From Candidatus Falkowbacteria bacterium (lineage in GTDB: Bacteria > Patescibacteriota > Patescibacteriia > UBA11705 > JACRDX01): a stretch of DNA of 64,000 bases. This document shows positions 1 to 9,452 of this stretch, in pieces. Numbering within the stretch: the stretch's first letter is position 1; every line of letters starts with the position of its first letter. Both the position numbers and the translations under genes were made by a program. The DNA is taken from the NCBI GenBank assembly GCA_043798985.1, contig JAZDOE010000003.1:7917-71916 (forward strand), given 5' to 3'. The notes beneath the pieces are model-generated. The model worked only from the letters and a program-made list of their open reading frames with translations, did not search any database and was not told the DNA's origin.

Positions 1-1
1 G

Positions 2-124
2 GGCTTGATCGCGATCAGATTAGATACGCAGAGCTTGATTGAGCTTTATTATAATGTTTATAATCCTGATATTTCCGCGAACCAGCGAATGACCGGAATT
101 GAGGAGCTAAAAATAGAGAATTAA
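2..124 (+). CDS. 3' end of conserved CPR protein usually found upstream of VirB4-like ATPase (partial)
   Basis: Frame 2 reads GLIAIRLDTQSLIELYYNVYNPD...KIEN*; the LDTQxLIELyYxxYNP C-terminus is recalled from CPR VirB4 neighbours. Confidence 0.6.
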   Translation, partial: GLIAIRLDTQSLIELYYNVYNPDISANQRMTGIEELKIEN

Positions 125-128
125 CCTT

Positions 129-262
129 AAAGCACGAAGCATGAATATCGAAATCCGAAACCCTCCATAGGCGGGCAGGCAAGCACGAAGCACGAATTTC
201 CCAATATTGAAACATTCTGATTTCGAATTTGTTTCGAATTTCGGATTTCTAATTTCTAATTT
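129..262. repeat. Heptamer-periodic inverted-repeat element (family A, empty) with GC-rich insert near 165-179
   Basis: AAGCACG/AAATCCG heptamers, core CGAATTTCCCAAT..AAACATTCTGATTTCG, then complementary heptamers; homologous to 23300-23421 and 27185-27307. Confidence 0.8.
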
Positions 263-269
263 TCCCCTT

Positions 270-2129
270 ATGGATATCAGTCAAATGCAACAATTAAAGG
301 ACAAAGCCGTTGCGCAGCAAACGCCAGCGCCAAAAGTTGATTCAACCACTGAACCAAAGTTAACGCCAGGGCAGGAAAAAGAACTTTTGGAGCAAGAAAA
401 AGTTTATCGGCATGGAGTAAGCACGATATTGGATTTGATCGCGCCATCAGCGTTTGAAGTGACGCCGTCGTTTGTCAAAATCGGCGGAAAATATTGCCGC
501 ACATTGTTTGTCATGACTTATCCGCGCTACATCAGCGTTGGCTGGTTCGCGCCGATTATTAATTACAACGCCATGCTGGATATTGGAATGTTTTTTTATC
601 CTTTGGAATCGCGGTTAGTGTTGGAGCAACTGAAAAAGAAAGTTGGCATTTTGCGCGCGCAGCTAACGATGGACGCGGAAAAGGGCGCGCCGCGCGATCC
701 AATGCGCGAGATAGCGTTGCAGGATATTGAAAAATTGCGCGACGACATTACGCAGGGCACGGAAAAGTTTTTTCAATTTTCATTGTATGTCACGTTTTAC
801 GCCAATTCCGAAGCAGCGCTTGATAAATTGACCGAAGACTTGGAAGCTGTTTTTGGATCGCGCGCGGTTTTTACGAAACGCGTGCTTTATCAGGCAGAGC
901 AGGGTTTTAATTCAACAATCCCGATTGGCAATGACGAGCTCATGATTTCTTCCAACTTGAATTCTTCGCCGATCGCGTCTTCTTTTCCGTTTATTTCAGC
1001 TGATTTAACGTCAGACGATGGCGTTCTTTACGGCGTTAATCGGCATAATAATAGTCTGATTATCTTTGATCGTTTTTCTTTGCAAAATGCCAATACCGTC
1101 GTGTTCGCGACTTCTGGCGCTGGTAAAAGCTATGCGATTAAACTTGAAGTTTTGCGGACAATGATGCTTGGCACGGATTTTCTTATTATTGATCCTGAGC
1201 GCGAATATAAAAATTTGTGCGATGCTGTTGGCGGAACTTATGTAAATATTTCGCTGAACTCTGAAACAAAAATAAATCCGTTTGATTTGCCGCGGGCTAT
1301 TGGTGAAGATACCAGCGCGGAGGATATTATTCGCAGCGCTGTCATTACCGTTAAGGGTTTGATTCGCTTGATGGTTGGCGCGATTACTTACGAAGAAGAT
1401 TCTATTTTGGATCAGGCATTACTTGCGACTTATGCGAAAAAAGATATTACGCCTGATGCTGATTTGTCAAAGATTGAGGCGCCATTGATGCAGGATTTTT
1501 ACGAAGTTTTGCAGGGAATGGCTGGTGGCGCGGCTTTGGCGCTACGGCTGAAAAAGTTTGTTGATGGAACATTCTCGGGCTTATTTAATTCGCCGACCAA
1601 TGTTGATGTTGAGAATCAGCTGGTGGCATTCAGCGTACGCGATTTGGAAGATGAGCTGCGACCCTTGGCAATTTATAATGTTGTAAATTACATTTGGAAT
1701 ATCGTGCGATCAAAAATGAAAAAACGTATTTTGGTCATTGATGAGGCGTGGTGGTTGCTGCAGCATGATGATTCCGCGAAATTTATTTTCGCGCTGGTGA
1801 AACGCTGTCGTAAATATTATTTGGGAGTGACAACGATTTCGCAGGATGTGAACGACTTTTTAACTTCTCCTTATGGCAAGGCGATCGTCACAAATTCTTC
1901 TTTGCAGATTTTATTAAAACAGTCGCCAGCCGCGATTGATTTGATACAAAAAACATTCATGCTTACCGAAGGCGAAAAATATTTATTGTTAGAATCTGGC
2001 GTTGGCGAAGGAATATTTTTTGCAGGACAAAAACGCGCGGCAATTCGCATTGTCGCGTCTCCGCAGGAAGATAAATTAATCACTTCTGATCCGCGACAAT
2101 TGCTGGCAATGGAAGAGGAAGAAAAATAA
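270..2129 (+). CDS. virB4: VirB4/TraC-like conjugation-type ATPase (CPR T4SS-like)
   Basis: Walker A ATSGAGKS, IIDPEREY, Walker B LVIDEAW, RCRKY, TISQ; start moved to ATG 270 because 207-269 is repeat. Confidence 0.85.
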   Translation: MDISQMQQLKDKAVAQQTPAPKVDSTTEPKLTPGQEKELLEQEKVYRHGVSTILDLIAPSAFEVTPSFVKIGGKYCRTLFVMTYPRYISVGWFAPIINYNAMLDIGMFFYPLESRLVLEQLKKKVGILRAQLTMDAEKGAPRDPMREIALQDIEKLRDDITQGTEKFFQFSLYVTFYANSEAALDKLTEDLEAVFGSRAVFTKRVLYQAEQGFNSTIPIGNDELMISSNLNSSPIASSFPFISADLTSDDGVLYGVNRHNNSLIIFDRFSLQNANTVVFATSGAGKSYAIKLEVLRTMMLGTDFLIIDPEREYKNLCDAVGGTYVNISLNSETKINPFDLPRAIGEDTSAEDIIRSAVITVKGLIRLMVGAITYEEDSILDQALLATYAKKDITPDADLSKIEAPLMQDFYEVLQGMAGGAALALRLKKFVDGTFSGLFNSPTNVDVENQLVAFSVRDLEDELRPLAIYNVVNYIWNIVRSKMKKRILVIDEAWWLLQHDDSAKFIFALVKRCRKYYLGVTTISQDVNDFLTSPYGKAIVTNSSLQILLKQSPAAIDLIQKTFMLTEGEKYLLLESGVGEGIFFAGQKRAAIRIVASPQEDKLITSDPRQLLAMEEEEK

Positions 2130-2130
2130 T

Positions 2131-2724
2131 ATGGAAAAAAAACAAAAAATTATCATTCTGCTCGTTGGTATTGTTGTGTTCGCGTTGATTATTGGTTGGA
2201 TTGTTTGGGATGTTTGGGGAAATAAAAATGAGATTTCAGCGCCAGCCGCGCAAGTAAAAGAAGCTGTGCTATTAACAACGCCATCCACGCAAACAACAAC
2301 GCCCGCGCAAGTTGTTATCGCGGATAAACAAGAGCAACAATCAATGCAAGCGCAGGTTTTGGCAAAAGTTTTCGCTGAAAAATTCGGCACTTTTTCCAAT
2401 CATGAAAATTATGCCAGTTTGGAAAAGTTGAAAAACATGATGACCACCAGTACGGCAAAGTGGTTTAATGATTATATTACTGATTTGAAGAAAAAATATG
2501 GCAATGAATTTGCGACATACTATGGCGTGACAACTACTGCTGTGAATGCTAATGTGCTTGAAGCGAGTGAAACCAAAATGATATTGCTTGTTGATTGTCA
2601 ACGCAAAGAATCAATGGGAATCGCGCCAATCATTGAGTATAATCAAAGTTTAAAATTGAACTTGGTAAAAATAAACAATGAATGGAAAATTGACGGCGTT
2701 TTTTGGCAAAATAAAGAAGCTTAG
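2131..2724 (+). CDS. Single-TM protein, possible VirB8/NTF2-like fold
   Basis: N-terminal TM, C-terminal LVKINNEWKIDG strand pattern; follows virB4. Confidence 0.5.
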   Translation: MEKKQKIIILLVGIVVFALIIGWIVWDVWGNKNEISAPAAQVKEAVLLTTPSTQTTTPAQVVIADKQEQQSMQAQVLAKVFAEKFGTFSNHENYASLEKLKNMMTTSTAKWFNDYITDLKKKYGNEFATYYGVTTTAVNANVLEASETKMILLVDCQRKESMGIAPIIEYNQSLKLNLVKINNEWKIDGVFWQNKEA

Positions 2725-3409
2725 CCTGAAAATCTGGGCGAGTTTGTTTCCCAAAGAATGTTTGGGTTGTGGCAAAGAAGATGTTTATTGTTGCGACCAG
2801 TGTGTAAGTAAAATGAAGATGAGCGCGCTAAATATTTGTTTTTTGTGTAATAAAAAGGCTACTGGGCTTGGAATATGTGAAGGTTGCGCTGAAATTTCAG
2901 GCGTGGACGCACTCATTGTTGCCACGAATTATAAAGACACATTGGCGGAAAAATTGATAAAGCATTTGAAATACGATTTTGTCGTGGAGTTGGTTCAACC
3001 GCTGGTCAGTTTGTTGAAACAAAAAATAGAGACAATGGAGGCGCGCCAGTTTTTTAGCGGAGCATTGTTAATTCCTGTTCCATTGCATCGTCGCCGTTTT
3101 TTATCACGAGGGTTTAATCAGTCGGAGATTATCGCGAAAGAATTGGTCAGCGCGTATGGCTGTGAGTTAAAAACAGACGTAGTAAAAAGAACAAAAGCAA
3201 CGAAAAAGCAATTTGGATTGTCGCGGGAAGCGAGGCAAAAAAATATTCAGGGAGCGTTTACCATTGTAAAACCAGAGTTGGTTAAAGGAAGAAAAATAAT
3301 TATAATTGATGATGTGCTGACAACAGGAGCCACGCTAAGCGAGCTGGCAAAAATTTTGAAAAAATGCGGGGCAATAAAAGTCGTTGGCGCGGCAATCGCG
3401 CATGAATAG
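2678..3409 (+). CDS. comF: ComF family phosphoribosyltransferase-like competence protein
   Basis: Two CxxC pairs, PVPLH..RGFNQS, IIDDVLTTGAT; exact start uncertain. Confidence 0.9.
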   Translation: MNGKLTAFFGKIKKLSLKIWASLFPKECLGCGKEDVYCCDQCVSKMKMSALNICFLCNKKATGLGICEGCAEISGVDALIVATNYKDTLAEKLIKHLKYDFVVELVQPLVSLLKQKIETMEARQFFSGALLIPVPLHRRRFLSRGFNQSEIIAKELVSAYGCELKTDVVKRTKATKKQFGLSREARQKNIQGAFTIVKPELVKGRKIIIIDDVLTTGATLSELAKILKKCGAIKVVGAAIAHE

Positions 3410-3424
3410 TTTAATTTTTAGAAT

Positions 3425-4483
3425 ATGAAAATACTGTTTGCGGGAGGAGGCACGATGGGGTCAGTAAGCCCGTTGCTGGCAGTATCGGAAAAATTAAAAA
3501 AAGAATTTCCTGATTGCGAAATGCTGTGGCTTGGCACGAAACATGGTCCGGAAAAAATGGTTGTGGAAAAAATCGGCATTATTTTCCGTCCGATTTGTTC
3601 AGGAAAGCTACGCAGATATTTTAGCTTGCTCAATTTCGTTGATCCATTTAAAATTTTTGTTGGTTTTTGCCAGTCAATCGGCGCGATTATAAAATTTAAA
3701 CCGGATATTATTTTAACCGCTGGCAGTTTTGTTGCCGTGCCAGTAGTTTGGGCCGGTTGGTTGTTGCGAAAAAAAATAATCGCGCATCAGCAGGATATTT
3801 TGGTGGGGCTGGCCAATAAATTGATTTTTCCGGCGGCAGCGCGCGTGACGGTAAGTTTTGAGGATTTGTTAAAAGTTTGCCCAATGGATAAAGGTATTTT
3901 TACTGGAAATCCAGTTCGTTCGTTTTTATCAAAGGCAAACAAGGATAAAGCAATTGAAACATTTAAATTGGAAAAAGGCGCGCCAGTTCTGTTAATTTTA
4001 GGCGGCGGAACTGGCGCGCGATCAATAAATGATTTTTTTGTAAAAATCAGCGACAGATTAACCGAGTTTTGCCAGATAATTCATGTTTGCGGAGTTGGAA
4101 AATTGGTTGAAGCTGAAAAAAATAATCGTTATCATCCAGTAGAATTTTTAACTGACGGATTGGCAGACGCTTATGCTGCGGCAGATTTGGTGATTACTCG
4201 CGCAGGACTTTCAACTTTGACAGAGCTGGCCTATTTGGCAAAGCCGACAATTATTGTCCCAATTCCTGATGGTCATCAGGAAAATAACGCGGCTTATTTT
4301 TCAAAATTGAACGCGGCGATTTATTGGAAACAAAAGGAGCTGGATGAAAATAAAGCGCTCGCGCAAGTTAAAAGTTTGTTAAACAACAGAGAAGAATTAG
4401 GACGATTATCAAATAATATAAAAGGTTTTGCCGTGGCTGACGCCGCGGATAGGTTTGTTAATGTTGTGAAAGATTTATTGTAA
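3425..4483 (+). CDS. murG: MurG GlcNAc transferase
   Basis: AGGGTMG, TGNPVR, LGGGTGA, ITRAG, HQENNA. Confidence 0.92.
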   Translation: MKILFAGGGTMGSVSPLLAVSEKLKKEFPDCEMLWLGTKHGPEKMVVEKIGIIFRPICSGKLRRYFSLLNFVDPFKIFVGFCQSIGAIIKFKPDIILTAGSFVAVPVVWAGWLLRKKIIAHQQDILVGLANKLIFPAAARVTVSFEDLLKVCPMDKGIFTGNPVRSFLSKANKDKAIETFKLEKGAPVLLILGGGTGARSINDFFVKISDRLTEFCQIIHVCGVGKLVEAEKNNRYHPVEFLTDGLADAYAAADLVITRAGLSTLTELAYLAKPTIIVPIPDGHQENNAAYFSKLNAAIYWKQKELDENKALAQVKSLLNNREELGRLSNNIKGFAVADAADRFVNVVKDLL

Positions 4484-4499
4484 AAATATTTATCGCGAT

Positions 4500-5168
4500 A
4501 TGCGCTTGCTGGACAAAATAAAATTGAGCGAAGGCGAAAAAGTTTTGCATGTCGTGAAACATTGGTTTGGGCTTTTGTTGCCGCATTTTGTTTTTTGTTT
4601 TTTGATAATTATTTTTGATTTTTTCCTGATGTATTATTTATTTTTGCAGGGATTGTGGGGCGTGATCGCGTTTGCCGCGATTTTGATAATCGCGATTGCG
4701 TACACAGGCAGACTGATTTTTTTGTGGAAACGCAACATAATGGTTTTGACGAACAAACGAATCATTGATTGGGAACAGCTTGGATTTTTTGAACAAACGA
4801 TTCAGGAATTATCATACGCGGACATTGAAAATGTTGAGGCTGGTCACAAAGGTTTGCTTGGAAAAATGTTCAAATTCGGAAATTTATCTTTTAAAATTAA
4901 AAATGAAGAATATCCGTTTGTTTTGTATAAGGTGAAATTTCCAGTGCGCGCCGCAGAAGCGGCGCGAAGACTTATGTCAGCGCCAACTGTCATCCTGAGC
5001 TTGTCGAAGGAGACAGTTCCAGCGGGGAAACCAGATTCGGTTGATTCGTTGTTGGAGCAAGCTAAGAAAATGTCATTGTCAGACAAAAAGAATTTTTATA
5101 AAGAGTTTAAAAAAATATTGCGGGCTGATTTGGAGGTGGCTATAAACAAACGCGTGGATGAAAGTTAA
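4500..5168 (+). CDS. Membrane protein with bacterial PH (bPH) domain
   Basis: Two TMs then LTNKRII..Q.GFF, IENV, FGNL. Confidence 0.7.
   Translation: MRLLDKIKLSEGEKVLHVVKHWFGLLLPHFVFCFLIIIFDFFLMYYLFLQGLWGVIAFAAILIIAIAYTGRLIFLWKRNIMVLTNKRIIDWEQLGFFEQTIQELSYADIENVEAGHKGLLGKMFKFGNLSFKIKNEEYPFVLYKVKFPVRAAEAARRLMSAPTVILSLSKETVPAGKPDSVDSLLEQAKKMSLSDKKNFYKEFKKILRADLEVAINKRVDES
4985..5018. repeat. REP-like palindromic insert within CDS
   Basis: AACTGTC-ATCCTGAGCTTGTCGAAGGA-GACAGTT; encodes TVILSLSKET. Confidence 0.6.
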
Positions 5169-5186
5169 GCGCATTGTTATGATGTT

Positions 5187-5597
5187 ATGACAAAAAGATT
5201 GTCAAAACGCAACGCAATATTTTTAAAATGGCAGTTTTTTGTTTTGTTGGCCGTTATTGTTTTGTTGCTGATCGCGTGTGCTAGACAATTTTTCAATTAT
5301 CAAGATTTGTTGACGCGCGTTTCTGACGCAAAAAATGAAATTTCAAAATTGGAAATGAATAAAATTGCGCTCGCCGTAAAAATAGAACAATACGCGAGCG
5401 CGGAATTTTTGGAAGCAGAGGCGCGAAATAAACTGAATTTGAAAAAAAAGGGAGAAACTGTGGTTGTGATAAAAAACATTCCGGGCGCGGTGTTGCCAAT
5501 AGACACTGTTGGCGCGGATGATGAAACGGGCGACAAGGTCGCTGAAAAACAGAAAACTAATTTGGCGCTTTGGTGGAAATATTTTTTTGATAATTAA
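5187..5597 (+). CDS. Septum formation initiator (FtsB/DivIC family)
   Basis: TM + coiled coil + EAEARNKLNLKKKGE. Confidence 0.8.
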   Translation: MTKRLSKRNAIFLKWQFFVLLAVIVLLLIACARQFFNYQDLLTRVSDAKNEISKLEMNKIALAVKIEQYASAEFLEAEARNKLNLKKKGETVVVIKNIPGAVLPIDTVGADDETGDKVAEKQKTNLALWWKYFFDN

Positions 5598-5608
5598 TTA
5601 TTATTTAT

Positions 5609-6595
5609 ATGATTAAAGAATTACCTAAAAAGGCGTTGGCAGTGTTGAAAAAAGTTTGGGCAGTACTGACAAAGGTATGGCACAAACGTAGAAAAAATAA
5701 ATTTTTAATTTTAGTGATTGTTTGCGTTTTGGTTTTGTTGATTTGTTTTATTGGTTTTACCAGCGCCGCGGCGTATAAATTTAAATGGGATAATGGATTC
5801 ACGCGCTTTGCGACGCGCGTTGTTCCTTTGCCTGTCGCGATCGTGAACGGCGGTCTTATTCCTTATTACGCTTGGGCAGACGAGGTGAGCGCGTTGAAAT
5901 CTTTGCGCGCGTTGACCGATCCGAATTCAGCATTAGACGCCGCGGCATTAAAGGAAATTGGAGACAATGCAATGACAAATTTGATACAAAAGAAGTTGCT
6001 TAAACAAGCTGCTAAAGAATATAAAGTTAAGGTTGCAAAAATTGATCTGGATAAAGTTTATAATCAGTACGTTGAAAAATTTACAGGCGAGGATAAATTA
6101 AAAGAAGAAGTTAAAAAAGCATTTGGCTGGGATATGGATGAGTTTATGGATAGGTTAATTTATTACAACGCGTTGAATATGAAGCTTAGTGAATCACTTG
6201 CGGATAATGAGACTAATTGGAAGGAAATAAAAACCAAAGCTGATTATGTTTTGTCATTGGTTCAAAAGGGAGATGAAAGTTTTGAGAATTTGGCAAAAGA
6301 ATTCAGCGATGACACTGGGTCAGCTGTAAATGGCGGTGATTTGGGATTTTTTCAAAAAGGCGCAATGGTAAAAGAATTTGAAACAGCGGCATTCGCGCTG
6401 GATGTTGGAAAAATAAGTGATTTGGTTAAAACAAAATACGGCTATCATATAATTAAAGTTGAAGAAAAAAAGAAAAATGATAAAGGAGAGGTGACGGACG
6501 TGCAAGCGCGGCATATTTTAATAAAGTTGAAAGATGTTTCTGAAATTTTGTCAGCGGCTGAAAATAGCGCGAACATTGTTAAATTGTTGAAATAA
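5609..6595 (+). CDS. PrsA/SurA-like parvulin peptidyl-prolyl isomerase
   Basis: FENLAKEFSDD, GGDLGFF, VKTKYGYHIIK. Confidence 0.9.
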   Translation: MIKELPKKALAVLKKVWAVLTKVWHKRRKNKFLILVIVCVLVLLICFIGFTSAAAYKFKWDNGFTRFATRVVPLPVAIVNGGLIPYYAWADEVSALKSLRALTDPNSALDAAALKEIGDNAMTNLIQKKLLKQAAKEYKVKVAKIDLDKVYNQYVEKFTGEDKLKEEVKKAFGWDMDEFMDRLIYYNALNMKLSESLADNETNWKEIKTKADYVLSLVQKGDESFENLAKEFSDDTGSAVNGGDLGFFQKGAMVKEFETAAFALDVGKISDLVKTKYGYHIIKVEEKKKNDKGEVTDVQARHILIKLKDVSEILSAAENSANIVKLLK

Positions 6596-6615
6596 AAAAG
6601 TTCTATAATCACCAA

Positions 6616-6687
6616 AGCCGCCTCTCGGACTTGAACCGAGGACCCACGGTTTACGATACCGTTGCTCTACCACTGAGCTAAGGCGGC
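6616..6687 (-). tRNA. tRNA-Thr(CGT)
   Basis: GCCGCCT..AGGCGGC acceptor, stem ACGGT/ACCGT, loop ATCGTAA, GGTTCAAGTCC T-arm. Confidence 0.93.
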
Positions 6688-6745
6688 GCGAGCAATTACA
6701 GAACAGGATTATCATATAAAAAATTACGCAAAGAATCAAGGGTAC

Positions 6746-6843
6746 ACCACCACACCAATTACGGGTGAAAATAGGTGGATGGATAGACAAGCATTGCCGC
6801 GGAGCGTATTGTGAAATGCCGCACTCGTAATTGGTGTGGTGGT
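6746..6843. mobile_element. MITE-like element, 22-bp terminal inverted repeats
   Basis: ACCACCACACCAATTACGGGTG (6746-6767) vs CACTCGTAATTGGTGTGGTGGT (6822-6843), 21/22 match. Confidence 0.7.
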
Positions 6844-6848
6844 AAATT

Positions 6849-7598
6849 ATGAAAAAACTTTTGATATTTGGTCTGATGATAAGAATTGTTTTTTTGCCTT
6901 TTTGTGTTGCGAGTGCGCAAATTATTGGCGAAGATACAGAAACAATGCACTTTGACAAAGCGTCTCTTGAAAAAGGGCTGCATTGGTTTTCGCGCGATAA
7001 AGCATTGATGCTGGTTATTTCGCCAAAATTGTTTAACATTGAAGTTAATTTAACTGTGAATACTTACAAAATTGACGGGTTGGCGTTTCCAAAAGGCTGG
7101 CAAGCTGTTTCAAAAATTTATGAATTTTCATTTTCATCTGCCGCGCAACTCAATTATCAACATCAAACAATAATGCAAATATTTGCCAATTCGGATATAA
7201 TGGATTTGAAAAAGATTTTCAAATGGAATGAGACGGTCGGGCAGTGGGAGCAGATAGATTCGTCCAGCCGCGATTTGAAATCCGCGCGCGCGAAGATTGC
7301 CCTATCTGGCGGTAAATATGTCATGTTGAAAAATGATAAAATCATGGAATTTGGCGCTGCCAGCTGGTACAAGTATAAAAATTGCGATTGCGCGGCTTCG
7401 CCAGATTATCCAAAAGGAACAAAGTTGAAAGTGACAAATTTGGAAAACGGAAAATCTGTAATTGTTAAAATAAATGATTGGGGACCAGAGAGAGATAAAC
7501 ATCCGGACAGAGTAATTGATTTGGATAAAACGGCATTTAAAAAATTGGGTTATTTGAGTCGTGGCATACTAAAAATGGTAAAAGTGGAAAAAATATGA
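6849..7598 (+). CDS. Secreted protein with C-terminal RlpA-like (DPBB) domain
   Basis: Signal peptide; GAASWY, GTKLKVTNLENGKSVIVKINDWGP, VIDL. Confidence 0.85.
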   Translation: MKKLLIFGLMIRIVFLPFCVASAQIIGEDTETMHFDKASLEKGLHWFSRDKALMLVISPKLFNIEVNLTVNTYKIDGLAFPKGWQAVSKIYEFSFSSAAQLNYQHQTIMQIFANSDIMDLKKIFKWNETVGQWEQIDSSSRDLKSARAKIALSGGKYVMLKNDKIMEFGAASWYKYKNCDCAASPDYPKGTKLKVTNLENGKSVIVKINDWGPERDKHPDRVIDLDKTAFKKLGYLSRGILKMVKVEKI

Positions 7599-8275
7599 TT
7601 CGTTTCCGCAATGTGACGAAGCATTATGATCCGAACGTTTACGCGTTGAGGGATTTTAGTTTGCATATAAAACCGCAGGATTTTGTGAGTATCGTCGGAA
7701 AGAGTGGCGCTGGCAAGACAACTTTGATTAAATTGCTGACAGCCGAGGAGCGGCCAACCAAAGGAAAAATTATTGTGGGCGGCTGGGATATTACTGATAT
7801 CAATCACCGCGAAATTCCATTTTTGCGGCGACAAATTGGCGTTATTTTTCAGAATTTCAGGCTTTTGCCAAATCGCACGGCATTTGAGAATATCGCGTTT
7901 GCTCTGCAGGTTTGCGGCGCTGCGCCGCAGAAGGTCGCGAAAATTGTTCCGCAAATTTTAAAAATCGTTGGACTTGGTCATAAACAAAATTTTTATCCAC
8001 ACCAACTTTCAGGCGGTGAGCAACAGCGCGTTGGTATAGCGCGCGCGTTAATACATCGCCCGAAAATTTTGTTGGCAGACGAGCCGACCGGCAATCTGGA
8101 TGCTATCAATGAGCAGGAAATTATTAATTTGTTGAAAAAAATAAATGAACTCGGAACAACTGTAATTTTGGTGACGCATAATAAAGGAATTGTTAATTCT
8201 TTACGCAAACGAGTAATTACAATGGATTCTGGCGAATTGATCAATGATCAGCATCATGGGAAATACATCATATAA
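7595..8275 (+). CDS. ftsE: Cell division ATP-binding protein FtsE
   Basis: [36 protein letters not shown]; followed by ftsX. Confidence 0.95.
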   Translation: MIRFRNVTKHYDPNVYALRDFSLHIKPQDFVSIVGKSGAGKTTLIKLLTAEERPTKGKIIVGGWDITDINHREIPFLRRQIGVIFQNFRLLPNRTAFENIAFALQVCGAAPQKVAKIVPQILKIVGLGHKQNFYPHQLSGGEQQRVGIARALIHRPKILLADEPTGNLDAINEQEIINLLKKINELGTTVILVTHNKGIVNSLRKRVITMDSGELINDQHHGKYII

Positions 8276-8303
8276 ATTTTCAGTTTTCAATTTTTAATTT
8301 TCA
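8274..8303. repeat. Solo heptamer array between ftsE and ftsX
   Basis: AATTTTC AGTTTTC AATTTTT AATTTTC. Confidence 0.55.
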
Positions 8304-8306
8304 AGT

Positions 8307-9218
8307 ATGGTAGTTTCGTTTTTGAGAATAATTAAATTCGCGTGGCAGGATTTTTGCCGCAACTTTTGGCTTTCTGCGGTTGTTATCATTGTGTTGATTT
8401 TGGCGTTAAGTTCTGTGAACGCGCTTGTTGGTTTGAATGTTCTTAATAGTGAGATGCTGAAGATTTTGCAGAATAAAATTAATGTCAATGTTTTTTTGAG
8501 TGAAAAAATATCAGCCGCGCAATTGGCAAATTTTCAAAACTATTTACATGGAATGAAGGAAATTGACAAGGTTGTCTATGTGTCTCCTGAACAGGGTTTG
8601 TCGCAGTTTAAGGCAAAACATAAAAATGATCAGGCAATGATTGACGCGCTTGGCGAGCTGGATCAAAATCCGCTTTTGCCAACATTGGTGCTTTACGCCA
8701 ACGACACAAAAGCTTTTGGCAATATTTTAGCGCAGATTGATTCTTCTGATTACGCGCACTTGGTTGTAGATAAAAATTTTGACGATCATGAAGATGCTAT
8801 AAATAAAATAAACAGTTTTAGTGAAAAAGCGCGCGTCGTAGGTTTGGTTTTGGTCGCGTTTTTCGCGTTAGTTTCAATTTTGTTGATATTTAATGCCATA
8901 AGGATAATCATTTACACGCATCGCGAGGAAATTGGAATCATGCGTTTGGTTGGCGCGACAAATAGTTTTATCCGGCTGCCGTTTATTGTTGAGAGCATTT
9001 TTTACGGGTTGTTTGCTGTCGCGCTGACGACAGCATTGTGTTATGGCGTTTGCTGGCTGGCATTGCCATACGTGAACGCGTTTTTCGGTAGTTCAATTGA
9101 TTTGTTTGCTTATTTGAATACGCATCTTTGGAAAATGCTGGGCATAGAAGTTGCGGGCGTAATTTTGTTGAATGTCGTGAGTAGCGGTTTGGCTGTGGCG
9201 AGGTATTTGAAAGTTTAA
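8307..9218 (+). CDS. ftsX: Cell division permease FtsX
   Basis: RNFWLS, NPL, REEIGIMRLVGATNSFIRLPF. Confidence 0.93.
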   Translation: MVVSFLRIIKFAWQDFCRNFWLSAVVIIVLILALSSVNALVGLNVLNSEMLKILQNKINVNVFLSEKISAAQLANFQNYLHGMKEIDKVVYVSPEQGLSQFKAKHKNDQAMIDALGELDQNPLLPTLVLYANDTKAFGNILAQIDSSDYAHLVVDKNFDDHEDAINKINSFSEKARVVGLVLVAFFALVSILLIFNAIRIIIYTHREEIGIMRLVGATNSFIRLPFIVESIFYGLFAVALTTALCYGVCWLALPYVNAFFGSSIDLFAYLNTHLWKMLGIEVAGVILLNVVSSGLAVARYLKV

Positions 9219-9271
9219 AAAGGTAAATATTGAAAAATGGAATTAGTAATGATAAACTGTGGTTACAAAAT

Positions 9272-9358
9272 GGAGAGGTGGCTGAGTGGCCTAAAGCAAC
9301 ACCGTGCTAAGGTGTAGTCTGGGAAACTGGACCGAGGGTTCGACTCCCTCCCTCTCCG
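9272..9358 (+). tRNA. tRNA-Ser(GCT)
   Basis: GGAGAGG..CCTCTCC-G, long variable arm, loop GTGCTAA. Confidence 0.93.
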
Positions 9359-9452
9359 GTTTGATTTAAAATAGCTAAAATTACGGCTATTTTTTGTTTT
9401 GTCGGCAGGATTCATTTTTGCTATAATAAAAATAGACAATTAACTTCAACAT

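Noticed and set aside
207-269. N-terminal extensions of ORFs at 207, 27179, 33715, 34452 and 36275
   Set aside because: They translate the junction repeats; true starts are the ATGs just after the repeats
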